Part shown: positions 1 to 10,199 of the stretch, piece after piece
Layout: each line of letters begins with the position of its first letter
Numbering within the stretch: position 1 is the stretch's first letter
Source of the DNA: an uncultured Gammaproteobacteria bacterium
GTDB lineage: Bacteria > Pseudomonadota > Gammaproteobacteria > SZUA-140
Reading direction: 5' to 3'
Assembly (NCBI GenBank): GCA_964425105.1
Contig: CAYRLE010000003.1
Span: 4,071 to 43,841 of the forward strand
Length of the DNA stretch: 39,771 nucleotides
Position numbers and translations under genes: made by a program
The notes under the pieces: generated by a model
What the model saw: only the letters and a program-made list of their open reading frames with translations
Databases searched by the model: none
What the model was told of the DNA's origin: nothing

Positions 1-1279
1 CCTTGCTGATGTTGCCGCCACTGAGCCCCAGTTGGTATTCGAAATAGGCCTTCTCGAATTGCTTGCGCGCCGCCCGCAGGGGGGCGTCGAATTCGATGGG
101 AATCTCGGCGATGGCGTGCTTGGCACACATACCCAGGGCCAGTTCCACGTCTTCCAGGGTGATCTCCTCGCCGTGGCACAGGATCAACAGACGCTGCACC
201 AGGTTCTTGAGTTCGCGCACATTGCCCGGCCAGTGGTACTGGCGCAGACGCTTCAAGGCGGCAGTGGAAAAATGGCGGTAAGGGAGTCCCTCCTGGCTGG
301 CGAACACGTCCACATAGTATTCCAGCAGTTCCGAAATGTCCTCGCTGTGCTCCCGCAGCGGCGGAATGCGCAAGGGCACCACATTGAGTTGATAGTAGAG
401 GTCCTCGCGGAAACGACCGGCGCGCACCTCCTCTTCCAGGTCGCGGTGGGTGGCCGCCACCACGCGCACGTCGAACTCCACCGGCGCACTGCCCCCCACG
501 CGCAAGAAGGTCTTGGTCTCCAGGGAACTGAGCAGCTTGGCCTGCACCGTGGCATCCATGTCCGCCACCTCGCCGAGGAACAAAGTGCCACCATTGGCCT
601 GCTCCAGATAGCCGTAGCTGATCTTGTCCCCCTCCTCGCTGCCGAACAACTCCACCGCGGCATTGTCCCCCGAGATGGCGGCCACACCCACCTCCACGAA
701 GGGCCGCTCGGCGCGCGGACTGCAGCAGTGCAAATAGCGTGCAAACAGCTCCTTGCCGCTGCCGGGCTCGCCGCTGATGAGCACCCAGGCGTTGTGCTGG
801 GCAATGCGCTGCACCTGGCTGCGCAACTCCTGCATCACGACGCTGCGGCCGATGGGTTCCACCAGGGGCTGGATGTACTTGCGCAGCCCGATGTTCTCGC
901 GCTGCAGCTTGTCCGCCTCCAGGGCGCGCTGCACCACCAGCAGCAGCTTGGACAGGGACAGCGGCTTCTCCACAAAGTCGTAGGCCCCCAGGCGGGTGGC
1001 CTCCACCGCGGTCTCCACGGTGCCATGGCCGGAGATCATAATCACCGGCGCCACCAGCCCCTGCCCCGTGGCCCACTCCTTGAGCAGAGTGATGCCATCC
1101 ACGTCGGGCAGCCAGACATCCAGCAGGATGAGATCGGGGCGGCGCAGGCGTAGGGCCTGGCGGGCATGCCCGGCGTCCTCTGCTATCCCCACCTCGTAAC
1201 CCTCGTCCTCGAGGATTTCCTTGATCAACTCGCGGATGTCCCGCTCGTCATCGACCACCAGTATATAAGGTGCGCTCAT
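1..1279 (-). CDS. ntrX: NtrX-like response regulator (receiver - AAA+ - Fis HTH); 3' end runs off the window
   Basis: Not in the ORF track because it has no stop in the window. Manual translation from the ATG at 1279 gives MSAPYILVVDDERDIRELIKEILEDEGY...LILLDVWLPDVDG (receiver), GEPGSGKE (Walker A), WPGNVRELKN, and the start of an HTH region (ARKQFEKAYF...GGNISK). ATGA overlap with the ntrY stop. Confidence 0.92.
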   Translation of the reverse strand, partial: MSAPYILVVDDERDIRELIKEILEDEGYEVGIAEDAGHARQALRLRRPDLILLDVWLPDVDGITLLKEWATGQGLVAPVIMISGHGTVETAVEATRLGAYDFVEKPLSLSKLLLVVQRALEADKLQRENIGLRKYIQPLVEPIGRSVVMQELRSQVQRIAQHNAWVLISGEPGSGKELFARYLHCCSPRAERPFVEVGVAAISGDNAAVELFGSEEGDKISYGYLEQANGGTLFLGEVADMDATVQAKLLSSLETKTFLRVGGSAPVEFDVRVVAATHRDLEEEVRAGRFREDLYYQLNVVPLRIPPLREHSEDISELLEYYVDVFASQEGLPYRHFSTAALKRLRQYHWPGNVRELKNLVQRLLILCHGEEITLEDVELALGMCAKHAIAEIPIEFDAPLRAARKQFEKAYFEYQLGLSGGNISK

Positions 1280-3555
1280 GTGGCTCTCTGTCCTTTATGC
1301 TGTTTACCACCTCTGCCCTGATCCCCGGCATCCAGGTAATCCTCGCTCATCTCCAGGCTGTCGTCATCAGTGATGGCTGTGCCTTGCTGGACGGCATGCT
1401 CCAGCGGCAGGCGGATAACGATGGCGGCGCCGCCAGCGGAGGGATTCTCTGCCCAGATGATGCCGCCGTGCTCCTCGACGATTTTTTTCACGATGGCCAG
1501 GCCCAGGCCGCTGCCCTTGGGCTTGGTGGTGACATAGGGCTCGAAGAAGCGCCCCATCATGTTTTCGGGGATCCCCGGGCCGTTGTCGCAAACCCGCAGT
1601 TCGATCATGGCCAGGCCGGCGTCATGGATCTCGCCGGTGGTGATGGTGACACGGCAGGGCCCTGCCGCCGCCTCCACGGAATTCTTGATGAGATTGTGGA
1701 GCAACTGGCGGATGCGGCCGCTGTCGATCTTGACCAGGGGCAGGTGGGGGGCCAGTTCGGTGTGAAAGCGGATCTTGCCCTCGTCGCCGCGGTAGAGATC
1801 CAGCACCTCGTTGATGAGGGCATTGAGATCGCTGTAGTGCAGTTCCAGCCGGGGGGTGCGGGCATACTCGGCAAAGGCCTGCACCATTTCCTTCATCACC
1901 TCCACCTGCTGCACGATGGTGTGGGTGGCACGTTTCAGCACCTCGGCATCCTCCGGTTTCATCTTGGCCAGATACTTGTGACGCAGGCGCTCGGCAGAGA
2001 GGCGAATGGGGGTAAGAGGATTCTTGATCTCGTGGGCGAGGCGTCGCGCCACCTCGCCCCAGGCGGCGTCGCGCTGGGCCTGCACCAGAGCGGTGATGTC
2101 CTCCACCACGATCACATGGCCGGCAGGCCGGCCGCCCTCCGCGGGCAGGGTGGTGCCGCGGCACATCAGCACCTGGCGGCCGCCGGGACCGAAGAGATTG
2201 ATCTCCTGGCGCCATTCATGCCCTGATTTCAGCTGGCGCTCGATGGCCTCCACGAAATGTTTGAGGGCAGTATTGGCGGTGGCGATCTCGGTCAGGGGGT
2301 GGCCCACGAAGCCCTTCAGTTCCACCTCCAGAATGTGGCTGGCGGCGGCGTTGGCAGTGCGAATCACGTTATGCCGGTCCAGTGTCAGCACACCAGAGGA
2401 TAGCCGTCCCAACACGGCGCGCAGATAGGCGCGCTCGCCCTCCGCCTGCTGCTGACTGAGCTTCACCTCATCACGGGCGCGGGCAATCTTCTCCGTCATG
2501 TCATTGAAGGATTTCACCAAGAAACCCAGTTCGTCGCTGGAATGCTGCGGCAGGCGCTTGCTGTAGTCGCCGCCGGCCACCGCCCGGGTACCGATGGCCA
2601 GCACACGGATGGGCGCCACCAGGCGGCGCGCCGAATAGAAGGCAGCCCACACCGCAAACAGCAGGCTCATGAACAGTACCAGGGAGAGGGTAAGAATGAA
2701 ACTGAACTTGAGCGGCTTGCGCAGGTAGGTGAGTTGCTGATAGCGGCTGTAGGCGTTCTGTACATTGTTGGCCAGCTTCTGCACCTGGGGCGAAAGGGGG
2801 TAGAGGGCATTGAGGAGGCGCTTGCCGACGGCGGCACCTACAGCGGGCAACGCCACCACCACCCGCATGTGCAGGCCACGCTCCCCTAGGGCATCGACAG
2901 CGATGTAGTTGGTGCCCTGCAGAACCTGGCGCAGGGTCTCCTCGCCGGGCAGGTCGGGCAGCAGGCGGGTAGGGTCACTGCTGCTGGAGGCGATGATGTG
3001 CTCGATGCTGGTAAGCAGGGTCAGTTCATCGGCCTCGTGACGGGCACGCAGATCGTCCAGCAGCAGCGCCGCCTGATCGTCCGGCAGCAGGGAGATCTTG
3101 TCGACGATGGACAGGGTGCGGCGCAGATATTCACGCTTGCGCTCATTGAGGGAATCACGGCTCAGGGCCAGGGCATCGTCAAAGGCCTGCTCGATGTGGA
3201 CGTCGAACCAGCTGTCGATACCGCGTTGAATGAACTGCAGGGAAAAATAATACACCAGGGAGACCGGTGCCATGGCGATCACCACGAACACCACGACCAG
3301 GCGCAGGGTCAGCCGGGAGCCGGTGGCACCGTTGCGGTACTGGCGCACCAGGCGCACCAAGTTGGCGCTGATGAGCAGCAACAGCATGATCAAGGCCAGG
3401 ATGTTGATGAACAACAGGGTCAGGTAGATGCGTCCGAAGCGCTCCGAATTCTCGGTGGCCGCGCTCATCATGTAGAGAGAAAAGATCAGCAGCAGGAACA
3501 GCACCACCACCGGGGCGATGCCGTTGCTGATGCGCCTCAGAAATGCAGCGGCCAT
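1276..3555 (-). CDS. ntrY: NtrY-like membrane sensor histidine kinase (HAMP, PAS, HisKA, HATPase)
   Basis: H-box ARRLAHEIKNPLTPI, DNGPG, TTKPKGSGLGLAIV and N-terminal TM helices. Start placed at MAAAFLRR (3555); the longer ORF extension overlaps the DUF4390 gene. Synteny DUF4390-ntrY-ntrX. Confidence 0.92.
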   Translation of the reverse strand: MAAAFLRRISNGIAPVVVLFLLLIFSLYMMSAATENSERFGRIYLTLLFINILALIMLLLLISANLVRLVRQYRNGATGSRLTLRLVVVFVVIAMAPVSLVYYFSLQFIQRGIDSWFDVHIEQAFDDALALSRDSLNERKREYLRRTLSIVDKISLLPDDQAALLLDDLRARHEADELTLLTSIEHIIASSSSDPTRLLPDLPGEETLRQVLQGTNYIAVDALGERGLHMRVVVALPAVGAAVGKRLLNALYPLSPQVQKLANNVQNAYSRYQQLTYLRKPLKFSFILTLSLVLFMSLLFAVWAAFYSARRLVAPIRVLAIGTRAVAGGDYSKRLPQHSSDELGFLVKSFNDMTEKIARARDEVKLSQQQAEGERAYLRAVLGRLSSGVLTLDRHNVIRTANAAASHILEVELKGFVGHPLTEIATANTALKHFVEAIERQLKSGHEWRQEINLFGPGGRQVLMCRGTTLPAEGGRPAGHVIVVEDITALVQAQRDAAWGEVARRLAHEIKNPLTPIRLSAERLRHKYLAKMKPEDAEVLKRATHTIVQQVEVMKEMVQAFAEYARTPRLELHYSDLNALINEVLDLYRGDEGKIRFHTELAPHLPLVKIDSGRIRQLLHNLIKNSVEAAAGPCRVTITTGEIHDAGLAMIELRVCDNGPGIPENMMGRFFEPYVTTKPKGSGLGLAIVKKIVEEHGGIIWAENPSAGGAAIVIRLPLEHAVQQGTAITDDDSLEMSEDYLDAGDQGRGGKQHKGQRAT

Positions 3556-4118
3556 GTGTGCCACTCGCTCTTCAGATGCCAGTCGGCAGAAATATAGGAA
3601 AGCAGACGCAGCGGCACCGGGAGGGCCTCCTCGTCGAGTTGGATCTGCATGCGCCCGTAGTACTTCTCGTGGGAATCCAGGAGATTGCGGTCCAGCAGGG
3701 GCAGGCGCACGATGGTGCCCAGCACCGAGACCGCGGCCTCCAGGGAGGGAAAGCGAAACTGGGAACCGCTGTTGAGATTGGTAAGCAGATACTGCTGGGT
3801 GAGGGCGTGGAACTCCAGACGGTAGCGCTGCTCCAGCCTGGCCGTTACATCGTCCAGCCAATAGTCGCGCTGGCGCAGGATCTCGATATTCACCAGGATG
3901 GTCAGCGGCACCCCCTCGTGGAGGGCGTCCACCATGGGCCTGCTCAGCCGGTAGCTGACGGCGGCATTGAGATACAGCACTTCATCAACCACCTCCGTAT
4001 GCACCTCGTGGATCACCACATTGTCGTCGGCATGGGCGGGTGGCGTCCACAGGGCCAAGGGCAATACCCACACCGCGCCCAGCAGAGCCAGGCAGGGGCG
4101 CAGCAGTATCGTGCCCAT
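3537..4118 (-). CDS. DUF4390 domain exported protein (conserved partner of ntrYX)
   Basis: Signal peptide ending PPAHA; ALHEGVPLT...RYRLEFHALTQQY...LPVPLRL...WHLKSEW pattern; position between rsmB and ntrY. Start uncertain. Confidence 0.8.
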   Translation of the reverse strand: MGTILLRPCLALLGAVWVLPLALWTPPAHADDNVVIHEVHTEVVDEVLYLNAAVSYRLSRPMVDALHEGVPLTILVNIEILRQRDYWLDDVTARLEQRYRLEFHALTQQYLLTNLNSGSQFRFPSLEAAVSVLGTIVRLPLLDRNLLDSHEKYYGRMQIQLDEEALPVPLRLLSYISADWHLKSEWHTWPLHF

Positions 4119-4282
4119 GCCGCTTGCGCGGCTGTTAATGTCGAGTAATGCCGCTATCAACTCTCATGTTTCCCTGTCAGTCTCATCACGATATTCGATG
4201 ACATGCGATATTCAAACTTCCTGTTTTGGTGGGCAATGCCCGCCATGCATACCCCGCTGAACTTTACCTAAAGCGAGTGAAG

Positions 4283-5584
4283 TCACTGCCTGAGCTTCCT
4301 GATACAAGCATAATAGAATCCATCCATGTCATCCTCGCCGGGCAACAACTGCCGGCCGACGGCCACCTGCCGCCCCCAGGGTGCCGCCATGGGCTGGACA
4401 GCGGCATCGTCATGGGCCGCAATAAAAGCCTGCAGCTGCTGGGCATTTTCCCGGGGCAGTACTGAGCAGGTGGCATACAACAGCATACCGCCTCCCTTGA
4501 GCAAGGGCCACAAGGCGCGCAGCAGACGCCCCTGCAACTCTGCCAGGGATGCCACATCAGCGGCGCGGCGCAGGCATTTGATGTCCGGGTGGCGGCGGAT
4601 CACCCCACTGGCGGTACATGGCGCATCCAGCAGAATGCGGTCGAAGGGCCGCCCATCCCACCAGCGGCCAGGATCCGCGGCGTCACCGCACAACAGCGTC
4701 GCCACCAAGCCAAGGCGACGCAGATTCTCGGCGATTCTGGCGAGACGCGCCTCGTCGATGTCCAGGGCCAGCACTTCCTCCAAGGCAGGCTGCGTCTCCA
4801 GCAAATGACAGGTCTTGCCGCCGGGCGCGGCGCAGGCATCCAGCACCCGCTGGCCGGGTTGCAGATCCAGCAGAGCGGCGGCCAACTGGCCGGCGCCGTC
4901 CTGTACCGAGACACAGCCCTGACTGAAACCCGGCAGCTTTTCCACATCCAGCGCCTGTTCCAGCACCAAGCCCACCGGTGTGTGGGGCAGGGGCCGGGCC
5001 GCCAGCCCATGAAGAGCCAGGCGTTCCAGATAGGCCTCGCGGCTCTGCACCAGGCGGTTGACGCGCAGCGCCAACGGCGGACGCTGATTGTTGGCGGCCA
5101 GGATCTCCTGCCAGCAGTCCGGCCAGGCCTCGCGCAGCAAGCCGATGAACCAGCGCGGGTGGGCATGGGCTGCCTCCTCGTCACTCTCGCAACGCTCCAG
5201 GAGCTGCTGGCGGCGGCGCTGGAAGTTGCGCAGCACACCGTTCGCCAGACCCTTGAGCCAGCTTCTGTCCAGACTCTCCGTGGCGGCCACGGTTTCCGCC
5301 ACCGCGGCGTGGGGCGGCACCCGCAGGTAGAGGAGCTGATAGATTCCCACCAGCAACAGCCAGCGGACGACCTGGTCGCGGCCCTTGAGGGGCTTGCGCA
5401 GCAGCTGGTTCAGCAGCCATTGCAGGCGGGGATACCAGCGCAGGGTACCGAAACACATCTCCTGCACCAGGGCGCGGTCGGCGCCGCCCAAGGTGCGACA
5501 GCGGCGTTGCAGCACGACGCCCAGGGAATGGCCGCCGCCACAGACTTCCTGCAGTATCTCCGCCGCCACAGCGCGTACATTCAT
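4283..5584 (-). CDS. rsmB: 16S rRNA m5C967 methyltransferase
   Basis: NusB-like N-terminus, VQDGAGQ, LDACAAPGGKT, ILLDAPCTASG, YATCS; downstream of fmt. Confidence 0.97.
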   Translation of the reverse strand: MNVRAVAAEILQEVCGGGHSLGVVLQRRCRTLGGADRALVQEMCFGTLRWYPRLQWLLNQLLRKPLKGRDQVVRWLLLVGIYQLLYLRVPPHAAVAETVAATESLDRSWLKGLANGVLRNFQRRRQQLLERCESDEEAAHAHPRWFIGLLREAWPDCWQEILAANNQRPPLALRVNRLVQSREAYLERLALHGLAARPLPHTPVGLVLEQALDVEKLPGFSQGCVSVQDGAGQLAAALLDLQPGQRVLDACAAPGGKTCHLLETQPALEEVLALDIDEARLARIAENLRRLGLVATLLCGDAADPGRWWDGRPFDRILLDAPCTASGVIRRHPDIKCLRRAADVASLAELQGRLLRALWPLLKGGGMLLYATCSVLPRENAQQLQAFIAAHDDAAVQPMAAPWGRQVAVGRQLLPGEDDMDGFYYACIRKLRQ

Positions 5585-5605
5585 GAGCGCTGCGTCACTC
5601 CCGGC

Positions 5606-6568
5606 TCAGGCACTGCCGTCCGGGGCGCCACCCAGCACCAGGCCGGGCCGGATCTCGCGAGCATTGAGAAACTCCGCCACCGCCATGCGCCGCCCGCCCG
5701 CCGGCTGCACCTCCAGCAGGCGCAGGCCACCCTCGGCTGCGGCCACGGTAATACCTTCCCGGCCCGCGGCCAGCACGGTGCCAGGGGCGGCGCCTTCAGG
5801 CAAATCCACAGGCTGTGCCCGCCACACCCTGAGGCGCTCGCCTTCCACAAAGGTATAGGCCACCGGCCAGGGATCGAAGGCCCGCACCCGGCGTTCCAGA
5901 TCGATGGCGGACAAAGACCAGTCCAACTGCGCCTCTTGTTTGCTGATCTTGGCGGCATAACAGGCCAGGCTTTCATCCTGGGGCAGGGGGTCCAGACGGT
6001 CCTGCTCCAGCAGCTTCAGGGCCTCCAGCAGCGCGCGGGCGCCCAGCCTGGCAAGGCGGTCATGGAGCGTGGCCGCCGTGTCGTCATCGTGGATGGGGCA
6101 GCTGAGACGGTGCAGCATGGCGCCGGTATCCAGACCTTCGTCCATCTGGATGATGGTGATGCCGGTCTCCCGGTCACCGGCCATGATAGCGCGCTGAATG
6201 GGCGCCGCGCCGCGCCAGCGGGGCAGCAGCGAGGCATGGATATTGATGCAGCCCAGACGCGGCAGGGCCAGCACGGCGGGCGGCAGGATCAGGCCATAGG
6301 CCACCACCACCATCAGATCGGCATCGCAGGCGGCCAGCGCGGCAACGCTCTCTTCGTCCTTGAGGGTGGCGGGCTGCAGCAGCGGCAGGTGATGCGCCAG
6401 CGCCAACGCCTTCACCGGGCTGGCGCTGAGCCGGCGCCCGCGCCCCGCCGGGCGGTCGGGCTGGGTCAGCACCGCGGCAATCCGGTATTCGCTCTCCAGC
6501 AGGGCGGCCAAAGGGACGGCGGCAAACTGGGGTGTGCCGGCAAAGATAATCTTGAGTTTTCCTGACAT
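5606..6568 (-). CDS. fmt: Methionyl-tRNA formyltransferase
   Basis: FAGTPQFA, TQPDRPAGRG, INIHASLLPRWRGAAPIQ, MDEGLDTG. Confidence 0.98.
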   Translation of the reverse strand: MSGKLKIIFAGTPQFAAVPLAALLESEYRIAAVLTQPDRPAGRGRRLSASPVKALALAHHLPLLQPATLKDEESVAALAACDADLMVVVAYGLILPPAVLALPRLGCINIHASLLPRWRGAAPIQRAIMAGDRETGITIIQMDEGLDTGAMLHRLSCPIHDDDTAATLHDRLARLGARALLEALKLLEQDRLDPLPQDESLACYAAKISKQEAQLDWSLSAIDLERRVRAFDPWPVAYTFVEGERLRVWRAQPVDLPEGAAPGTVLAAGREGITVAAAEGGLRLLEVQPAGGRRMAVAEFLNAREIRPGLVLGGAPDGSA

Positions 6569-6611
6569 GGCAGTGGCAGCGGGAACGATCCCGGCAAGCT
6601 CCTCTATTCCT

Positions 6612-7115
6612 CTATAAGGTATGACGCCGTACCTTCTCCATTTTCTTCTGGATCCGGCGGCGCTTCATCTCAGAGAGATAGTCGACGAACAGGCGGCCGT
6701 CCAGATGATCGATCTCGTGCTGAATGCAGACGCTCAGCAGGCCGTCGGCCTCCAGATCCAGCGGCCGGCCGTCACGGTCCAGCGCCTGGACCCGGATGCA
6801 CGCAGCCCGCTCCACCATCTCATAGACACCGGGTACGGAGAGACAGCCTTCCTCCATCTTTTCACAATCCTCGCGCGCCACGATCTCAGGGTTCACCAGC
6901 GCCAGCGGGGCATCCCGTTGCTCGCTGACATCCAGCACAATCACCCGCTTGCCGACGTTGACCTGGGGTGCCGCCAAGCCGATACCGGGCGCGTCATACA
7001 TGGTCTCCAACATGTCATCTATCAACATGCGTACTTCATCGTCGACTCGTTCCACCGGTGAGGCCTTGATGCGCAGACGGGGATCGGGATAGTGCAAAAT
7101 GTGAAGTATGGCCAT
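6612..7115 (-). CDS. def: Peptide deformylase
   Basis: [13 protein letters not shown] and QHEIDHLDG motifs. Confidence 0.98.
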   Translation of the reverse strand: MAILHILHYPDPRLRIKASPVERVDDEVRMLIDDMLETMYDAPGIGLAAPQVNVGKRVIVLDVSEQRDAPLALVNPEIVAREDCEKMEEGCLSVPGVYEMVERAACIRVQALDRDGRPLDLEADGLLSVCIQHEIDHLDGRLFVDYLSEMKRRRIQKKMEKVRRHTL

Positions 7116-7149
7116 AACTTGTTACGCTGCTTGTGCTATAGATACATCG

Positions 7150-7215
7150 GGCAATGGGTGATAGGTGACGCCTGGCGCAGGGGAGACGCCCGCCACCCAC
7201 TCATCACTCGTCACG
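7150..7215. repeat. Degenerate heptamer inverted-repeat element
   Basis: Left arm ggcaatg-ggtgata-ggtgacg (7150-7170); right arm acccact-catcact-cgtcacg (7195-7215). Same unit family as the better-preserved copies. Confidence 0.5.
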
Positions 7216-7392
7216 CCATAACAATACGGACAGTGCGGGGGAGTTGTCTTTCATTCAAAAGACATCAAGTCTCGAAAACTGACTACCCCTTCTCTCAAAT
7301 CTTAAAGGATTCTACACGATGCACGCTATATTTGGTGTGATATGTGTAATTCAGCTAAACTCAAGCGGTTTTTTCCGGACAGGGCGGTGCTC

Positions 7393-8439
7393 ATGGCTAA
7401 CAGATTGTTGATCCTTTGCATGGTGGTCATGCTGGCCATCGGCACCACTGCCACAGCGGATACCGTCAAACTGAAACCCGACCACCCCGACCGCTACGTG
7501 GTGGTGAAGGGCGACACCCTGTGGGATATCTCCGCGCGCTTCCTGGCGGACCCCTGGCTGTGGCCGGAGATCTGGGCCATCAATCCGGAGATCAAGAACC
7601 CGCACCTGATCTATCCCGGCGATGTCATCAGCCTGGAATACGATGCCAATGGCAAACCAAGACTGACCCTGACGCGGGGCCGCCCCACCGTCAAGCTCTC
7701 CCCCGAGAAGCGCATCACGCCACTGAACCAGGCCATCCCCACCATCCCCATGGATGCCATCAAGCAGTTCCTGCTCTATCCGCGGGTGTTCACCCGCGAG
7801 GAAGTGGAGAAGGCGGGCTACATCGTGGCCCAGGATGAAGGCAGCCTGATCAGCGCCAGCGAGGACAAGGTGTACGTACGCGGCATTCGCCCCGAGGACG
7901 GCAACGACTACTACATCGTCCGCATCGGCGATGCCTACCGCAACCCCGGCGCCAAGAGAAAAGACGTGCTCGGCTTCGAGGCGCTGCAGATCGCTAGCGC
8001 CAAGGTGGTGAGTTTCGGTGATCCCAGTGCGGTGATTATCGGCAAGGCCAACCGCGAGATCCTCATCGGTGACCGCCTCTTCCCCATGATGGAAGAGGAA
8101 AAGCTGGAGCAGCATTTCCTGCCCCACGCCCCCGACTTCGCCATAGAGGGACAGATCATCTCCGTACTCGACGGCGTATCGCGCATTGGCCAGTATCATA
8201 CTGTGGTCCTCAACAAGGGGACAGGGGATGGCCTGGAAGTGGGGCATGTGCTGGCCATCTATCAGACCGGCGAAGTCACCCGGGACACGGTGGAACCACG
8301 GCGCGGCAAAAAAGTTCAGCTGCCCAATGAACGCGCCGGTGCGGTAATGGTGGTGCGCGCCTTCGAACGGGTCAGCTATGCACTGGTCATGGAGGCGACC
8401 CGCGACATGCGTCTCCTGGACACCTTCACCAATCCCTGA
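7393..8439 (+). CDS. LysM peptidoglycan-binding protein (TsaP-like)
   Basis: Signal peptide, then YVVVKGDTLWDISARFLADPWLWPEIWAINPEIKNPHLIYPGD; conserved position divergent from def and upstream of dprA. Start at MANRLL chosen over the ORF-track start at 7342. Confidence 0.9.
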   Translation: MANRLLILCMVVMLAIGTTATADTVKLKPDHPDRYVVVKGDTLWDISARFLADPWLWPEIWAINPEIKNPHLIYPGDVISLEYDANGKPRLTLTRGRPTVKLSPEKRITPLNQAIPTIPMDAIKQFLLYPRVFTREEVEKAGYIVAQDEGSLISASEDKVYVRGIRPEDGNDYYIVRIGDAYRNPGAKRKDVLGFEALQIASAKVVSFGDPSAVIIGKANREILIGDRLFPMMEEEKLEQHFLPHAPDFAIEGQIISVLDGVSRIGQYHTVVLNKGTGDGLEVGHVLAIYQTGEVTRDTVEPRRGKKVQLPNERAGAVMVVRAFERVSYALVMEATRDMRLLDTFTNP

Positions 8440-8446
8440 CGTCCTC

Positions 8447-8503
8447 CGTGAGAAGTGAGGCGTTAAGGTGAAAGCCGCCGCCTTCGCCCCCCTACTCATC
8501 ACT
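8447..8503. repeat. Degenerate heptamer inverted-repeat element
   Basis: cgtgaga-agtgagg-cgttaag (8447-8467) ... ccctact-catcact (8490-8503), just after the LysM gene stop. Confidence 0.5.
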
Positions 8504-8558
8504 CACACTTGATTCCGGGCGCCACCGCCTGTCATCATTCACAGTCCGCGAACCCATC

Positions 8559-9689
8559 ATGGACAAGGATGTCATGACACGCGACATGGATGACTTGTAT
8601 CACTGGCTGGCCCTGTATCACATTCCGGGTCTCGGCCCTATTGCCTGGCGCCGATTGCTGGCGCATTTCCTTACACCGCAACGCGTGCTGGCGGCCGGCG
8701 CCGAAGAACTGCGGGCCGCCGGCGCACAGCGGCAGCAGGTGCAGGCGCTGGCACAAGGACCAGACCAGGACGCCGTGCAAAGAGACCTGGACTGGCTGGA
8801 GCGCCCGGATCACCACCTCATCGTCCTCTCTGACCCCCGCTATCCTCCCCGCTTGCGGGAGATCCACGCCCCGCCGCCCCTACTCTACGTCAGCGGCGAC
8901 CCCCGCCTGCTGTCGCAGCCACAGCTGGCCATCGTCGGCAGCCGCAATCCCTCGCCCAGCGGTGAGGAAAACGCCTATGAATTTGCCCGCAGCCTGCCAT
9001 CCTGCGGACTGCTGGTCACCAGTGGCCTGGCACTGGGCATCGACGGCGCCGCCCACCGCGGGGCACTGGATGGCGGCGCCCCCACCATCGCCGTCACCGG
9101 CACCGGCCTGGACCACAGCTATCCCTGCCGCCACCGGGATCTGGCGCGGCGCATTGCAGGGGAAGGGGCGCTGGTCTCGGAACTCCCCGTGGGGACGCCG
9201 CCGCGGGCGGAAAACTTTCCGCGCCGCAACCGCATCATCAGTGGCCTCAGCCTGGGGGTGCTGGTGGCCGAGGCGGCGCTGCACAGCGGCTCGCTGATCA
9301 CCGCCCACCAGGCCCTGGAACAGGGACGCGAGGTGTTTGCCATACCCGGCTCCATCCACAACCCCCTGGCCCGTGGCTGCCATGCCCTGATCCGCCAGGG
9401 GGCCAAGCTGGTGGAGTCCCTGGAAGATATTGTGGAGGAACTGAGCATGCAGGGCACCCTGGCGACGCAAGCAAAGGCCATTGGTCGCACCAAAATGGTG
9501 CGTTATGGCGCCGAAGACGAAGCGGGACACGTCCTGGCGCAAATCGGCCACGACCCCACCGCCCTGGATACCCTGGTAGAGCGCAGCGGATTGACGGCCG
9601 AACGGCTTTCCTCCATCCTGTTATCATTGGAACTGGACAATCAGATCGCCGCCCTGCCCGGAGGCCTCTATCTGCGGCGCACTATCTAA
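8559..9689 (+). CDS. dprA: DNA-processing protein DprA (Smf)
   Basis: LAIVGSRNPS, TSGLALGIDGAAHRGAL, NFPRRNRIISGLS, SGSLITA, GREVFAIPGSI. Alternative starts at 8574 (preceded by AAGGA) or 8586. Confidence 0.97.
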   Translation: MDKDVMTRDMDDLYHWLALYHIPGLGPIAWRRLLAHFLTPQRVLAAGAEELRAAGAQRQQVQALAQGPDQDAVQRDLDWLERPDHHLIVLSDPRYPPRLREIHAPPPLLYVSGDPRLLSQPQLAIVGSRNPSPSGEENAYEFARSLPSCGLLVTSGLALGIDGAAHRGALDGGAPTIAVTGTGLDHSYPCRHRDLARRIAGEGALVSELPVGTPPRAENFPRRNRIISGLSLGVLVAEAALHSGSLITAHQALEQGREVFAIPGSIHNPLARGCHALIRQGAKLVESLEDIVEELSMQGTLATQAKAIGRTKMVRYGAEDEAGHVLAQIGHDPTALDTLVERSGLTAERLSSILLSLELDNQIAALPGGLYLRRTI

Positions 9690-9698
9690 GGACTCTAT

Positions 9699-10199
9699 AT
9701 GAAGGAAAATATGCTGGATGTACTGCTCTACCTGTTCGAGCACTGTGTGGACGATGAGCTGGCCATCAACCCCGATGAAGAATCCATCAGGGATCAACTC
9801 AGCGCGGCGGGTTTTCAGGAAACCGAAATCAAGAAGGCCTTTTCGTGGCTGGAGTCACTGGCCCAGCAGAACGAGGGTGAGGGGGAAGGCGACGCCACCG
9901 TCATCACCCAGCCCAGCCGTCCTTCGCTGCGCATCTACACCGCAGACGAAATGGAAAAGATCGGCCCGCGCAGCAGGGCGCTGATCCTGTTCCTGGAACA
10001 GATGGACGTACTCAAGCCCACCACCCGTGAACTGGTCATCGACCGGGTCATGGCGCTGGAAACCGATGACATCGACCTGGAAGGGGTGCGCTGGGTGATC
10101 CTCATGGTGCTGTTCAATCAGCCGGGCTACGAGGCCGCCTACACCTGGCTGGAGGATTTCGTCCTCGACGAGGCCAACGTCAGAAGCCGCCTGCATTAG
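9699..10199 (+). CDS. smg: Smg / DUF494 family protein
   Basis: MKENMLDVLLYLFE...AGF...AFSWLE...RELVIDRVMAL...WVILMVLFNQPG; dprA-smg-topA synteny. Confidence 0.93.
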   Translation: MKENMLDVLLYLFEHCVDDELAINPDEESIRDQLSAAGFQETEIKKAFSWLESLAQQNEGEGEGDATVITQPSRPSLRIYTADEMEKIGPRSRALILFLEQMDVLKPTTRELVIDRVMALETDDIDLEGVRWVILMVLFNQPGYEAAYTWLEDFVLDEANVRSRLH

